A stretch of 64,000 nt of DNA, taken from Eledone cirrhosa. Its lineage: Eukaryota. The first letter of the stretch is position 1. Each line of letters starts with the position of its first letter. Positions 1 to 13,862 of the stretch are shown piece by piece. The position numbers were made by a program, and so were the translations under genes. Where the stretch lies: positions 225,370,001 through 225,434,000 of the forward strand of contig OZ024740.1 of assembly GCA_964016885.1 (NCBI GenBank), in the 5' to 3' direction. Under the pieces are notes generated by a model. That model saw only the letters and a list, made by a program, of their open reading frames with translations. It was not told the DNA's origin and ran no database searches.

Positions 1-834
1 AAACGTTTGCCTTGAGTCAAGATAATGGATTTAGCTACCTAAATGCCTATATATGTTCCTATCTGTCTATATGCATATGTGTATCTATGTGTATGCCTAT
101 GCATTTTTATCTGTTTTTGTACATTGTTATGTTTATAAAGTATTTGTATTTAAAGTATTTATATATCTGTTGTTTTCTATGTCTATATTTGTTTTACGGA
201 AGTGTATTGTGCACACATTAATTACTGTTTACTATTTAGATCTATTTGCAGAGATATTATCAAATGTCTCTTTATTTAGGTAAAGTGTGATACTCCCAAA
301 ATTTCCTCTATTGAATCTACATTTAGGTTTTGTGACTCACAATTACTCAAGTCAACAGGGTACCTATCAACTAGTTAACATATTAGTAGTTCAAAATATT
401 TTTTTGTGACATTGCACCATGACTGTAGCTAATGCATTAAAACAGTAGTGCCCATCATTGTCAGGATCTATGACTCCATCTATTTAAAAAAAATCCCCTG
501 CTTTTGAAAGAACTGTCTACTCAACAAACCCACAGTTTTCCAGTACTGCCATTACAGACATCCTGCATTATTCCAAATGTTACTGTTAGGGATATAACAT
601 AAGTCACAGTGGTATTATGAAATTGAGGAATAAACTGGCTTGCAGTAATATGTTAAATTTTTCTTCCACAAGATAACAAGAATTCTATCCAGAGGATTAT
701 TCACTCATCTGCTTAACATAAGATAAAACTAAAAATAATCAACAAGCCTTATGAATAATTTGTTTCAGAGAGGATTATATTTTAGCCTCCTTCGCTCTTC
801 ATTCATCTATTTATTGTGATTGTTTTATATATGA

Positions 835-1442
835 CTAGCAGTGGTACCCAGCGTTGCACGGGATAAGGTATTTTGGAATGCAGGCCGCCAACAGACATAA
901 TCGTGGAAAAACTGCATGCCTGGACGATACGTAAAGAAAATTAACCGAATACTCTGATGGCTGGATAATCTTTAAGATTTTCCTCGATGAAGCAGGAAAA
1001 ATGCAGGTTTTCATTTACTGCGGGCCCTAGGGGATCAATAAAATGAATTTTTTTTATGTGCATAATATGCCTTGAAATTTCAGGAAAATCGGCTAGAAAA
1101 AGCTGAAAAAATGAAGTTTTTCACCTAATGTGGCCATCCATAAAACAAAGTTGGATTTTCTTTGCTCACGGTATGAAGAAGAGACTGACTAATACATAGT
1201 TACAATTTCAAGAAAATCGGTCTGATGTAACGCCTCAAAAAAAACCTAAAAAGCTGAAAAAAAGCAGTTTTTCTTAGGGATCAAAACGTTTAATTTTTTT
1301 ATGTGCATAACACTCCCCGAAACATAAGTAATATACATGTAAAGTTTGAAAAAATTTGGTTGGCTACTTCTTGAGTTTTAGGGATTCAAACTCACAGACA
1401 GACACACACACACACAGACATCCTCAGTTTTATATATATAGA
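835..1442 (-). mobile_element. Non-autonomous Helitron, complete termini
   Basis: Minus strand starts A|TCTATATATATAAAA followed by a (TG/TCTG) microsatellite. It ends CCCGTGCAACGCTGGG (hairpin) TACCACTG CTAG|T. 5'-TC, subterminal hairpin, 3'-CTAG and A|T insertion without TSD are Helitron hallmarks. Confidence 0.88.
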
Positions 1443-1579
1443 TGAAGAACTCAATATAATATTACACGGACTACATGACAAACATATTTGTAAGCTTTAG
1501 AAAATAAGTAATGTGGATATACATTCTATTTACAACTAGAAGTTGACCAATACCGATATTAGTGGTACAAAATATCATA

Positions 1580-1919
1580 CTCTCAGGTCCCAAATAATAG
1601 GGATGGTTGGAATAAGTGGGATTTGGAACAAGTAAGGGTGACGGAAATCGGTAATTTTTCTAGGTTGTCTCAGTTGATTTTTTTTTTTAAATACCAATAT
1701 TAGTCATTTAGTTTACATATTAAGACCCCAACCCATCCTATTTATTTTATAGTGTTTGGAATTTCTAGTAAAGAAAATTTTTTGTCATGTATGTTTTTTT
1801 TTTAAATCTAAAGAAAATTGTCACAGGAACACTACCACTTAAAATAAAATTGCTCCTGAGAAGGATTAGCAAAATTTAATAAGAAGTACTGGTGGTGGGA
1901 ATTATTTGAGACCCAAGAG
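1580..1919. mobile_element. MITE with ~20-bp TIRs and TA target duplication (Tc1/mariner-like)
   Basis: TA-CTCTCAGGTCCCAAATAAT at left and ATTATTTGAGACCCAAGAG-TA at right form an imperfect inverted repeat. A second copy starts at 45208. Confidence 0.75.
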
Positions 1920-2397
1920 TAAAGTTAATTTCTGATTTGGTGTCAAGAAATGTTATATGACAAAATAACCAGCTGATTAAGAACGCATTAATGAATGATA
2001 ATGTTTTAACTATACTTAATTTGCCAGATGTATAAGAGACAGGGAGAGATATCACAAATAATTCTTCTGAAAAGTTAGGACCTTTGAAGTGGGTGTTATC
2101 ATGCTTTAAGGTGAGTTGAAGTTGATTATAAAGAATCTGGAAGTGAATATATTTCTAAAGAAGCATTGGCATTCTTTTTACCTATTGAAAATTTCTTGCA
2201 TTGCCACCTGTGATACTATTGTGTAATTTATACTTCTAATGATATAAATTCTGTTACACATGTTATAAAATTTGAGAATAACTGTTCTAGACAATGGTTT
2301 TCAGATTCAGTTATGTAGCAATTAAATTGTAATGGCAATCAGATAGAGTGTACATATAGCCAATAGTTAAATAAACACCATTCAGCTAATAAATAAC

Positions 2398-2510
2398 TGT
2401 TTCTACGTTAGGCACAAGGCCAGCAATTACCCAGTGTATTACTGGTACTTTATTTTATCGACCCCGTAAGGATGAAAGGCAAAGTTAACCTCGGCGGGAT
2501 TTGAATTCAG
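2398..2510 (-). mobile_element. 5'-truncated tRNA-derived SINE (family A) with 18-bp TSD
   Basis: Reverse complement of the family box GCCTTTCATCCTTACGGGGTCGATAAAATAAAGTACCAG. Flanking duplication ATTCAGCTAATAAATAAC at 2380-2397 and 2505-2522. Confidence 0.85.
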
Positions 2511-3081
2511 CTAATAAATAACATTTGATAGTAAGGTGCATCTCCTTTCTGTCTATTTAACTTCTACTATAATATCCTCTGCTCACCATACAACTAAGGT
2601 GTCTACATCTGTATAAACTAATTAAATCCACTCAGCACACTGAGCCCATTGTATCATGTCTCAAACTCCTGTCTCAGTACTTTAGTTAATCCTACATCCA
2701 TCCCTCAACCCCTACAATACATAAACTATCATTTCTCCTTACACCACTCTCTTTCACTAAATTTCTTTTACTTTCCTGTCTATGTCTACTTTCATTTATT
2801 CATTTCACTTTCTTTCTGTCTAGCTTATTTGACCTTAATCCCTCTCACCACTACCCATTTCTTCTACACTTATGTATCCTGATTTCCATCTTTCTTTTCT
2901 TACTCCATTTACTCATACCCACATCGTCTCAACATCTCTCCTTTACAACCATTTTCCCATTCCTTCTACTATACTTTGTCTGTTTCACTTTACCACACTC
3001 TTCACTGAAGAATATCATTTGTGCCCATTTCATATCTTTGATACCTCCCTCCTATTTCATATCACACACAAACACACACAA

Positions 3082-3112
<31 letters not shown>

Positions 3113-3564
3113 CACACATATACACACACAAATATGGATATACACATGTATATATATATATACATACAACATACACACAAACACACACACACACATACAT
3201 ACATTCATACAAACACACATATACATATACATACATACAAGCACACACACACATACACACAAAACAATCCCTCCCACTACCCACTTCTATATTTTTTTTA
3301 TTTTATATTTGTTATTATATTATATCATTTATTCTTTTTATTGTCGTATTTATGTTTTTTTTTTCATTTCTGATACATTTTTGGTGGTCTTTAGTAAACA
3401 CTTAGCTTTGTTTTTATTTAACTGTCATTAAAAAACATTGAGGAGATTTCAAGCAACCTTGTTATCTCTACTTCTATACTGTTTCCTTCCTAGAATGGCA
3501 TCTATCTGCTGATGGGAGTAGATTGTTGAACAACCTAACATATGTATGTATGTATATATGTATG

Positions 3565-3651
<87 letters not shown>

Positions 3652-3793
3652 GAAAAGTACAGAAACTGTTGTAGCGAGAAGCTAACAGTATTCCACAATA
3701 TATAAGTGACCATAGCATCAAAATGGGAAAATAGTTAACATAAGATATGGGAATATAAATACATATATAAATATATATATATATATACATATT

Positions 3794-3829
<36 letters not shown>

Positions 3830-3842
3830 TATATATTTAAAT

Positions 3843-3889
<47 letters not shown>

Positions 3890-3910
3890 AATATATATAT
3901 ATATATAAAT

Positions 3911-3961
<51 letters not shown>

Positions 3962-3995
3962 AATATATATATAAGTAAATATATAAATATATATA

Positions 3996-4507
<512 letters not shown>

Positions 4508-5659
4508 GAGAGAGAGTATATATTATGAATGCAAGAATGCTGAAAGCAATGAGAAATAGATAGAGAGGGGGGGGGGGGGGAGAGAAAATGTGAGTATTGG
4601 GCTTTTGGGGGCATGACAATATTCAAATAGAGTCAATATTGAGAACGAAAGAACAGAATGAGCAAAGAAAGAGAGGCAAATTGGGCAGGCAGAGGTATGA
4701 CACACACACACACATACACACACATATATATATGCATATAGATATATATATATGTCTATATATGTATGCGTGTGTGTATATATATATACATATATAAATG
4801 TAAATATATATATATAGAGAGAGAGAGAAGGGGCAGTAAGGGGGGTGGGGGGAAGTAGAGGGGTAGACACGGATACACACACTGACTGGCAAGAAGAGTG
4901 AGTGAGTGGGAGTAATATTTTGTAAGAATAAGATATTTGTGAGCAAGGAGGAGTAGACATATAGAGAGATATGACAGTAACAACAACAACAATAACAATT
5001 ATGGTAATAACAATTTGAAGAAGAATAACAGTGTTAATAAAATAACTACAACAACAAAATTATGAACAACTACAACTACAGTAATAAGTGTAGCAAAAGC
5101 AGCAAGTGGAAGAAGAAGAAGAAGAAGAAGAAGAAGAAGAAGAAGAAGAAGAAGAAGAAGGGAAAGAAGAAATGGGTGTAAGAAGAGCGAGGAGGAGGAG
5201 TGTGAGGAGTAGAAGAAGGTATAGGGAAAAAGGGAGGGGCAGGATGGGGAGGAAGAGAAGAAAAGGGAGAAGGGAAAGAAGAAAATGGTATAGGAAGAGA
5301 AACGGGAGGAGGAGGATGGGGAGGAGAAAAAGAAAGGTAGAAAGAGGAGGAGGCAGAGAAGGATGAGGAAAGGGTTGGTGGAAAGAAAGGGAGGAGGAGG
5401 AGGTGAAGAAAAAGAACAACAACAACAAGTGCCATTGTAAAGGAGGATAGATATAATTCTGTGAAAAGGCTTTTATTCTCTTTTAAAAAGTCTTGACAGA
5501 GCACAAAAGATTAACAGGAAACTCTCATCTTGGTCTTATTTTGCATTCCCAGAATTCCTCAAATAAATATGTTTTTGATACTTGCTATCAAGCATGATTG
5601 ATAATGTGAGAAATGTTGCCATCTTTAACATCTGATCTGGGCCTTGAGGTGTGATAGGG

Positions 5660-6050
5660 CCAGAGCAACAACAATGACAACAACCAAAGCTAAGAACACC
5701 AACAGGAAAAACAACAACAACACTAACAATAACACCAACAACTGTAATAGTAATAACAACAACAATGACAACAACTGTAATAGTAACAACAACAATTGTA
5801 ATAGTAACAAAAACAACAACAACCACAATTGTAATAGTAACAACAACAACACCAACAACTGTAATAGTGACAACAACAACACCAACAACTGTAATAGTGA
5901 CAACAACACCACCAATAAGTGTAACAGTAGCAACAACAACAATAACACCAACGACTGTAATAGTAACAACAACAACACCAAAAACTGTAACAGTAACAAC
6001 AACGACAATAACACCAGTAGTAACAACAACAGCAACAACAATTACATCAA
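5660..6050. repeat. Compound (AAC)n-based minisatellite (unit core AACTGTAATAGT)
   Basis: Repeated AAYTGTAATAGT separated by variable (AAC)n runs. Confidence 0.85.
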
Positions 6051-6381
6051 CAGCTAACAACACAGATATAACAACAACAACAACAAGATATATTAATATC
6101 AACATAAGCAAGTATACTAACAACAACAGAAATATAACAACAATTACACTAGCAACAACACAACAGTGAGATGATAGCAATAACCACTACAGTAGCAACA
6201 ACAACAAGATAAGAACAATTACACTATCAACAACACAGCAGAGAGAGATAACAATAACAACAACAACTATAGTAACAATGACAAGGAGATAAAAACAACC
6301 ATAACAACAGGAACAACAGCAAAGTATAACAACAACCATAACAACAGCCATAACAACAACAACAATAGAATATACCAATAA

Positions 6382-7189
6382 AAACACAATGAGAGTAACA
6401 ACAACAACAATTAAATATACCAATCACAACACAATGACAGTAACAACAACAACAACAATAAAATATACCTATAACAACACAATGACAGTAACAACAACGT
6501 CAATAAAATATACCAATAACAACACAATGACAGTAACAACAACAACAATTAAATATACCAATAACAACACAATGACAGTAACAACAACAATAAAATATAC
6601 CAATAACAACACAATGACAGTAACAACAACAACAATAAAATATACCAATAACAACACAATGACAGTAACAACAACAATAAAATATACCAATAACAACACA
6701 ATGACAGTAACAACAACAACAATAAAATATACCAATCACAACACAATGACAGTAACAACAACAACAACAATAAAATATACCTATAACAACACAATGACAG
6801 TAACAACAACAACAACAATAAAATATACCAATAACAACACAATGACAGTAACAACAACAACAATAAAATATACCAATAACAACACAATGACAGTAACAAC
6901 AACAACAACAATAAAATATACCAATCACAACACAATGACAGTAACAACAACAACAACAATAAAATATACCAATCACAACACAATGACAGTAACAACAACA
7001 ACAACAATAAAATATACCTATAACAACACAATGACAGTAACAACAACAACAACAATAAAATATACCAATAACAACACAATGACAGTAACAACAACAACAA
7101 TAAAATATACCAATAACAACACAATGACAGTAACAACAACAACAATAAAATATACCAATAACAACACAATGACAGTAACAACAACAACA
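6382..7189. repeat. Tandem minisatellite, ~17 units of 45-51 bp with variable internal (AAC)n
   Basis: Constant AATAAAATATACCAATAACAACACAATGACAGT plus variable (AAC)n. Unit lengths differ by multiples of 3, giving the 275-aa TMTVTTTTIKYTNNN ORF (6389-7216). Confidence 0.95.
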
Positions 7190-7244
7190 TCATTTTTAGA
7201 AGATAAAGAAAAATAGGTAAAAAATAAACAAAAAAATAACAGAA

Positions 7245-8336
7245 TGAACACATACACATACATATATATATATATGCACACAAGCACACATACATATATA
7301 CTTACACATAAACACACATATGCATGTATATATGCACACAAGCATAGATAGATATACACTTACACATAAACACACATATGCATGTGTATATGCACACAAG
7401 CATAGATAGATATACACTTACATATAAACACACATATGCATGTATATATGCACACACGCATAGAAAGATATACACTTACACATAAACACACATATGTATG
7501 TATGTATATATGCACACAAGCACACATACATATACACTTACACATAAACACACATATGTATGTATATATCAACACACGCATAGATAGATATACACTTACA
7601 CATAAACACACATATGCATGTATATATGCACACAAGTATACATACATATACACTTACAAATAAACACACATATGCATGTATATATGCACACAAGCATACA
7701 TACATATACACATAAACATACACACAAACACACATTTACATGCTCACATATACACAAACACATGCATATACATGTATGCTTGTATGCATGTATACATACA
7801 TACAAGCAAACATATATACATGCACACAAATACATATATATATATATATATATGCACATACACACACATATGCTTATGCATGTACACATACACATGAACA
7901 CAGATGTATACATGCTTATATGCATACAAATGCACATTCAAGCACACATAAATACACATAAATATACATATATACAATATATATATATATACATGCAAAC
8001 ACATATACATACACACAAACACACTCATATACATGGAGACATACACAGAAACACACACACATACATCTGCACATACACACAAACACACACACATAAGTAT
8101 ACATATGCATACAAATACACATATAAATGCAGACACACACATTCAAACATGTACATGCACATATACACACAAATACATATCCCCATGCATACAAACACAC
8201 ACATACATGCACACACACGCAGATATAAGTTTACGAAAACACATGTAAATGCACACATTCATACAATCACAACATATAACTATAAGCTCATATAGACACA
8301 CACACATTCACATCATACAAGTACAAGCTCATATAG

Positions 8337-8367
<31 letters not shown>

Positions 8368-9100
8368 CACATTCACAACATACAAGTACAAGCTCATATT
8401 GACACACACACACACATTAAGTTGTGTGTATCAACACAAAGCTGATATAGATAGACACACACACACAGCACATAAATACAAGCACATACACACACACACA
8501 GCATAAAATACAAGCCCATATACATAGATATACATACACACAGCATATAAATACAAGCACACACACACACAGCATATAAATATAACCATATATACATAGA
8601 CACACATACACACACAGCATATAAATACAATCACATATACATAAATACACATACATACACACACACACACAGCATATAAATACAAGCACATATAGATACA
8701 CACACACTCACACACACCATATAAATACAAGCACATATAGATACACACACACACAGCATATAAATACAAGCACATATAGATAGATATACATACACACACA
8801 CAGTATATACATACAAGCACATATAGATTGGTACACACACACACACACAGCATATAAATACAAGCACATATAGATAGATACACACACACACACACACAGC
8901 ATATAAATACAAGCTCATATAGCTAGACACACACACATACAGACTTCCTATACATGCACAGATTCATACAAATGCACAAACACACAACATTTAAGTAGAA
9001 GCACATATAGATAGATACACACATACACACATACACACACACAGACACAGACACACTGCATATAAATACAAGCACATATAGATATACACACACATGCACA
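7245..9100. repeat. Higher-order CA/TA-derived minisatellites
   Basis: ~58-62 bp unit TATACACTTACACATAAACACACATATGCATG... (7270-7700) and ~36-40 bp unit ACAGCATATAAATACAAGCACATATAGAT(AC)n (8460-9090). Confidence 0.85.
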
Positions 9101-9515
9101 CAGACAATCTTTCCTGCCCTAACTGAATTCATATCATAAACATAATCATTCACTGAACATCTTCAGAAAGAATGATGGATAATAACCAATGAGGTATAAC
9201 TTTCCCCAATACCACCAAATCATTCCTACACAACCACTCCCGCTCCATTTATTTACAGGGTTTAGGAAATAGTAGACAATGAATAGGAGGGAAATGCATA
9301 GCAGAAAAGGATGAGGGGGAGGAAGAAGGGAAAGCAAGAGGCTGGAAGGTATGAAGAAAGGGGAAGTGGGGAGGTAGATGATATTAAAATAAGAAGGAAA
9401 AAAGCCCTCATACTATATTAAATATAAACATATTTTAAAGATAACTATTTACGGGTTTATGATATCATCAAAGATATGGTTGATATTTTGAAAATTTGTC
9501 TCTTTATTGATATCA

Positions 9516-9703
9516 GTGAATTGGCAGTATCGGTAGCGGGTCGGACGCCATGCTTTCCAGCATAGTTACGTCCCTTTACGATCTGAGTTCAAATCTCGCC
9601 AAGGTTAACTTTGCCTTTCATCCTTACGGGGTCGATAAAATAAAGTACCAGTGATACACTGTGGGATAATTACTGGCCTTGTGCCAAAAGTAGAAACAAT
9701 TAT
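9516..9703 (+). mobile_element. tRNA-derived SINE family A, near full length
   Basis: TGGCAGTATCGG A-box-like, GAGTTCAAATC B-box, conserved central box, tail GGCCTTGTGCC...TAGAAACAATTATTA. Confidence 0.88.
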
Positions 9704-9950
9704 TATCATCATCATCATCATCTTCACCGTTTAACATCTATTTTTTCCACGCTTGCATGGGTTAGATACACCATCCCCGTTGTGATACAAGTCTGACCAG
9801 TTGGCCAAGCCATAACTTACTCAAATGGAACTATATTTAGGCTGGGTTTTTTTTACAGCTGTTGCCCTTCCTAACACCAACCACATTTACAGTGGGGAAA
9901 TATGTTATTTTTTTCTATCCTTTTGTTTTATTATTCTTGTTTATCTTTAT

Positions 9951-10205
9951 CCAGGTTCTGCTGCACGTCGGGCTGAGGAGGCTAAACTCCTCAAATACCG
10001 GTCACTCTCTGACAGGTTTGTGGTTGTGCCCCTCGCAGTGGAGACTTCTGGTGTCCTTGGCCCTAGGGCTACCTCCTTACTCACCACCATAGGTGCTGAG
10101 CTGGCCAGCCGCAGGTGTGAGCCCCGCAAGTTGGGGTGGCTTTTCCAGCGTGTCTCCCTTGCCGTCCTCCGGGGAAACGCCTTTTCCATTTTGACCGCCG
10201 GGGCT
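9951..10205 (+). mobile_element. 3' fragment of CRE-clade non-LTR retrotransposon (C-terminus of restriction-like endonuclease)
   Basis: GC-rich island translating PGSAARRAEEAKLLKY...VPLAVETSGVLG...WLFQRVSLAVLRGNAFSIL, matching the AE..K..KY / P.A.ET.G / QR.S.A..RGNA pattern of CRE-type elements. Confidence 0.8.
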
Positions 10206-11464
10206 GGAGGGGGGGGGATCGCGTATCATTCCATATTTAATTATGGTTGGTATGTGTGTGTTTATGTTTTGGATGTTGACGAAGACAGAATGTGAAATGT
10301 GAATTATTACTGTTGTTACTGCAGAACGTGTTTTTGTCTTTGCAAGAAATCGTTCTCAGCGTTCCACAAAACACCGTAATTATCCTCGCTTGTCTCAATT
10401 ACTTGTATTTCAAAAGAAGTGTTAAATCAGAACTAGATATCAAAAACTACTGAACAACTTTACTGATACAATCTGAACTATGTCTCACACTGAAAATTAC
10501 TATTCAAAATCAATTACTGATGTGGTGATTGATCTTATCTCTGTTTACTGGGATCTGGGGAAACCAGGGTTGTATACTTAAAAAGTTAGATTCATAGACT
10601 TGGGTTTTCAGAACCCATGTTTATGTATTTCATCTGATGAGCTGGATCTAAAGATTGCTTGAAACTACTCAGTTGATTAACTTTGAACTAAATTTAACTG
10701 TGATTCATTATCAGCAAAATCTTTACAATAATATTGATAGTAAACTTTGGCTGTCGCTTATGATCGGGTATGATTGCAAGAGGACCATAGCAGGATTTAA
10801 ACCCAATGCACAGAACACCAGAACATATTCCAATAACTCTGTCAAATTAACTGCTCTAACTCAACAAAAATATAGGTTATGTGTTCATTAATACAGTCTG
10901 TTATGATTCTTCTAACAGTAAGCTCCTAATTGAAATATAAACTAGAATTTCAATACAATGAATTGATATAATGGAAATAGGAATTTTAACCTACAGATCC
11001 ATAACGTTCTTATGATAGGCCTGATTCTAAGAGATTATTTCAGCTTTTATGTAGATGAGCAAACAAGTGGTTTTTATCAAAATCCAGTTGATCTGTTAAT
11101 AGAGCAGCTAAATCTTATTTCAATTTACAATACCTAGATAAGACATCGCAATATAAATGAAATCATGCTGAATGGAACACACCGAGATACAATCAATTCA
11201 ATATACTGGAATTAAACTATGTGAAGTAGATTTAAGCTTGAACTGTAGTGATACTAATACAATAGCACAAGAAAGCCTATAGAAAATTAGAACCTTTAGA
11301 AAACTGAGAGGTATAATCGGCTTAGTTTTTGTCCATATTTTTTCCATTCTAAGAGTGTTTTACCCAATTTTCTCAACTATTATTTATAGCAATTGGATAT
11401 TATTGTAGTTATTTTCATGAAGAAATATATTATTAGTGTTATCCTTGGTATAGTAGGAAAAGGG

Positions 11465-11500
11465 TCTTAACGTTTTGGACGCTAGTCCTTCATCAGAAAA
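11465..11500 (-). ncRNA. Minimal type I hammerhead ribozyme motif, G12 mutated (Penelope-type)
   Basis: Minus strand: TTTT CTGATGA A GGAC TAGC GTCC aAAA CGTT AAGA. Confidence 0.6.
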
Positions 11501-11619
11501 TAGAATGAGAAATTAAAGAAGAAATGGATTGAGGAGACAGGGTAGTGACAGAAACGAACATTTTTTTTCTAGAGAAAAAACAGGTCTATTTACATTGCCA
11601 GCTCTTGGAATATATATGT

Positions 11620-12110
11620 ATCATCATCATCATCGTTTAACGTCCATTTTCCACGCTTGCATGAGTTTGGACGGGAATTTTCCCACTTGAGGCAAGAGTG
11701 GTTGTCTTGCTCGCATAGGACTGCCTGGCGGGTTTTCTACGGCTGGATGCCCTTCCTAACACCAACCATGTTTACAGTGTGGAGTGGGAGGTTTTTACTG
11801 TGTTACCTACACGGCCACATTACAGCGTGGACTGTGTGTTTTTTTGTCGTGACACCTACACGACCTCATTTGTTTCGGACTGGATGTTGTGGTACCAACA
11901 TAACTTTACATTTAAGGGGGTGGTGTGGATGGGGTGGGGGTAGTGGGACGGGGGTGTATTTTTGTTAGAGGTGCCTACTGACTGTAGGTTTTGCTTTGTA
12001 CTTAGGCAAGGCTGGTCTTCTGTATTACTGTGTAGCGCCAAAGATCTCGGTCCAGTGACATTGTCTTGGAGAGGTGTAAGTGTGTGAGGTCGGAATTTAT
12101 CACGTCGTCC
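11620..12110 (-). mobile_element. RTE-family 3' end/UTR with (CAT)n tail
   Basis: CATCATCATCGTTTAACGTCC...GGCTGGATGCCCTTCCTAACACCAACC. Close relative at 52856-53505. Confidence 0.75.
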
Positions 12111-12226
12111 CATATATATACAAACATATATATATATATATACATACATATACATATACATATATATATATATAGACATACATACACATATATACACACA
12201 TACAATACAAATACACACATACACAG

Positions 12227-12257
<31 letters not shown>

Positions 12258-12297
12258 CGTACATATACACATACATTCATACACTTACACATATATA

Positions 12298-13105
12298 TCA
12301 TCATCATCATCATTTTACGTCCGCTTTACCCTGCTTGCAAGGGTGGGACAGGTCTTATTCAGCACAGCATCTCTCCACTTGTCACAGTCCTTCGTCATCT
12401 CCACCATGAGCTTCAGTGATCTGAGGTCTGCTCTCACCACCTCTGCCCATGTTTTTTGTGGTCTACCTCTACCACGTCTTCCTTCAACTATCATTTCCTG
12501 GCACTTCTTCAGCCATTGGTCATCCTCCATGCGCATCACATGTCCATACCACCGTAGTCTCCTCTCTCGCAAACTACGTTCTATCCCTCTCAGACACAGT
12601 TTCTCTCTCAACACATCCATGCTGGGTCCACGCACATTGACATTGCACATCCAATGGAGCATGCTTGCCTCATTTCTCTCCAGCTGTTGCATATCCTCTG
12701 CAGTTGCTGCTCAAGTCTCACTACCATGCAGCATCGCGCTCCTCACACAGGCATCATATAACCGGCCTTTCGTACGCAGGGTGAAACTCTTCTTCGTCAG
12801 CAGAGGAGCAGCTCCCTAAACTTATTCCAACCCGTCCTTATTCTAGATACTATTGCCTCGGAACACCCTCCTCCCATGCTAATCTGATCTCCTAGTTACC
12901 GGAAGCTATCCACCACTTCTATAGTACCCGCCTGCATTTGAAAAATGTGTCTATCAATGCAACTTCTACTGTCTAATTTCCCTGTACATCTACTGCATCC
13001 GTATTTCTCCCTACCTGTTAGTTTGCCTGCTATCCCACTATATCTCTTGTGTACCCAGGATCTGCATTGTGTGCATTTTATAGAATTTATGCCAGTTCCT
13101 TTTCC
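12298..13105 (-). mobile_element. RTE-clade LINE 3' fragment (ORF C-terminus)
   Basis: [15 protein letters not shown]...[15 protein letters not shown]...GRGRPQKTW; upstream PHD-like SIKCTQCRSWVHKRYSGI; (CAT)n tail. Confidence 0.9.
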
Positions 13106-13224
13106 AGAGGTCACGACAGAGGTCATGGCCATGTGTCATTGCCCTTAAGAGGTGCAATTGGGTAAGGTCAGCCTTTATCACCTCATTTATACTTTGCTGT
13201 TCACATATATATATATGTAATAGT

Positions 13225-13862
13225 AATATACGCGTACGGCAAAGTATAAACAAATTAAGAGAGAGACTGAACGTAAGAGGAATCAAATGCTGTGTGCAGG
13301 AGAGGAGGTTACATTGGTATGGACATTTGATGTGTATGAAGGATGACAGCTGCATAAAAATGTGCAGAGCACTAGAAGCCGATGGAAACCGCGGAGTGGG
13401 GAGACCCAAGAAGACCTGGGATGAGGTGATAAAGGCTGACCTTACCCAATTGCACCTCTCAAGGATAATGACACACGGCCATGACCTCTGTCCTCACACA
13501 GTAATACAGAAGACCCGACTCCCCACAGGTACAAGCCGAAGCTTAAGCTGAAGCATATAGACAATATGCCCCCCCCCCCCCCCCTGCAAAGTGGTCATGG
13601 AGGTGCCACGGTAAAAAAGCACCCAGCCCACACTGTAAAGTGGACGTGTAGGCGCCATGGAAAAAAAGCACCCAGCACTCACTGTAAATGAGATTGGTGT
13701 TAGGAAGGGCATCCAGCTGTAGAAATCAAGCCAGAATGAGTTCCTGTATGAGCAAGACAAGGTCAGACGACTGGACACTGCTCACAACAGGACAACCCGT
13801 CTAACCCATGCTAGCTTGGAAGAACGGACGGAAAACGGTGATGATGATGATGATGATGATAT
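13225..13862 (+). mobile_element. RTE-clade LINE 3' end plus UTR, (GAT)n tail
   Basis: QERRLHWYGHLMCM...GVGRPKKTWDEVIKADL followed by the same UTR motifs and GATGATGAT. Confidence 0.85.

Noticed and set aside
6382-7189. CRISPR-like array (constant ~33-nt repeat with variable spacers)
   Set aside because: The spacers are only (AAC)n length variants, there are no cas genes, and the context is eukaryotic. It is a minisatellite.
9516-9600. tRNA genes at SINE heads
   Set aside because: A/B-box-like motifs are present but there is no complete cloverleaf, and they always continue into SINE bodies.
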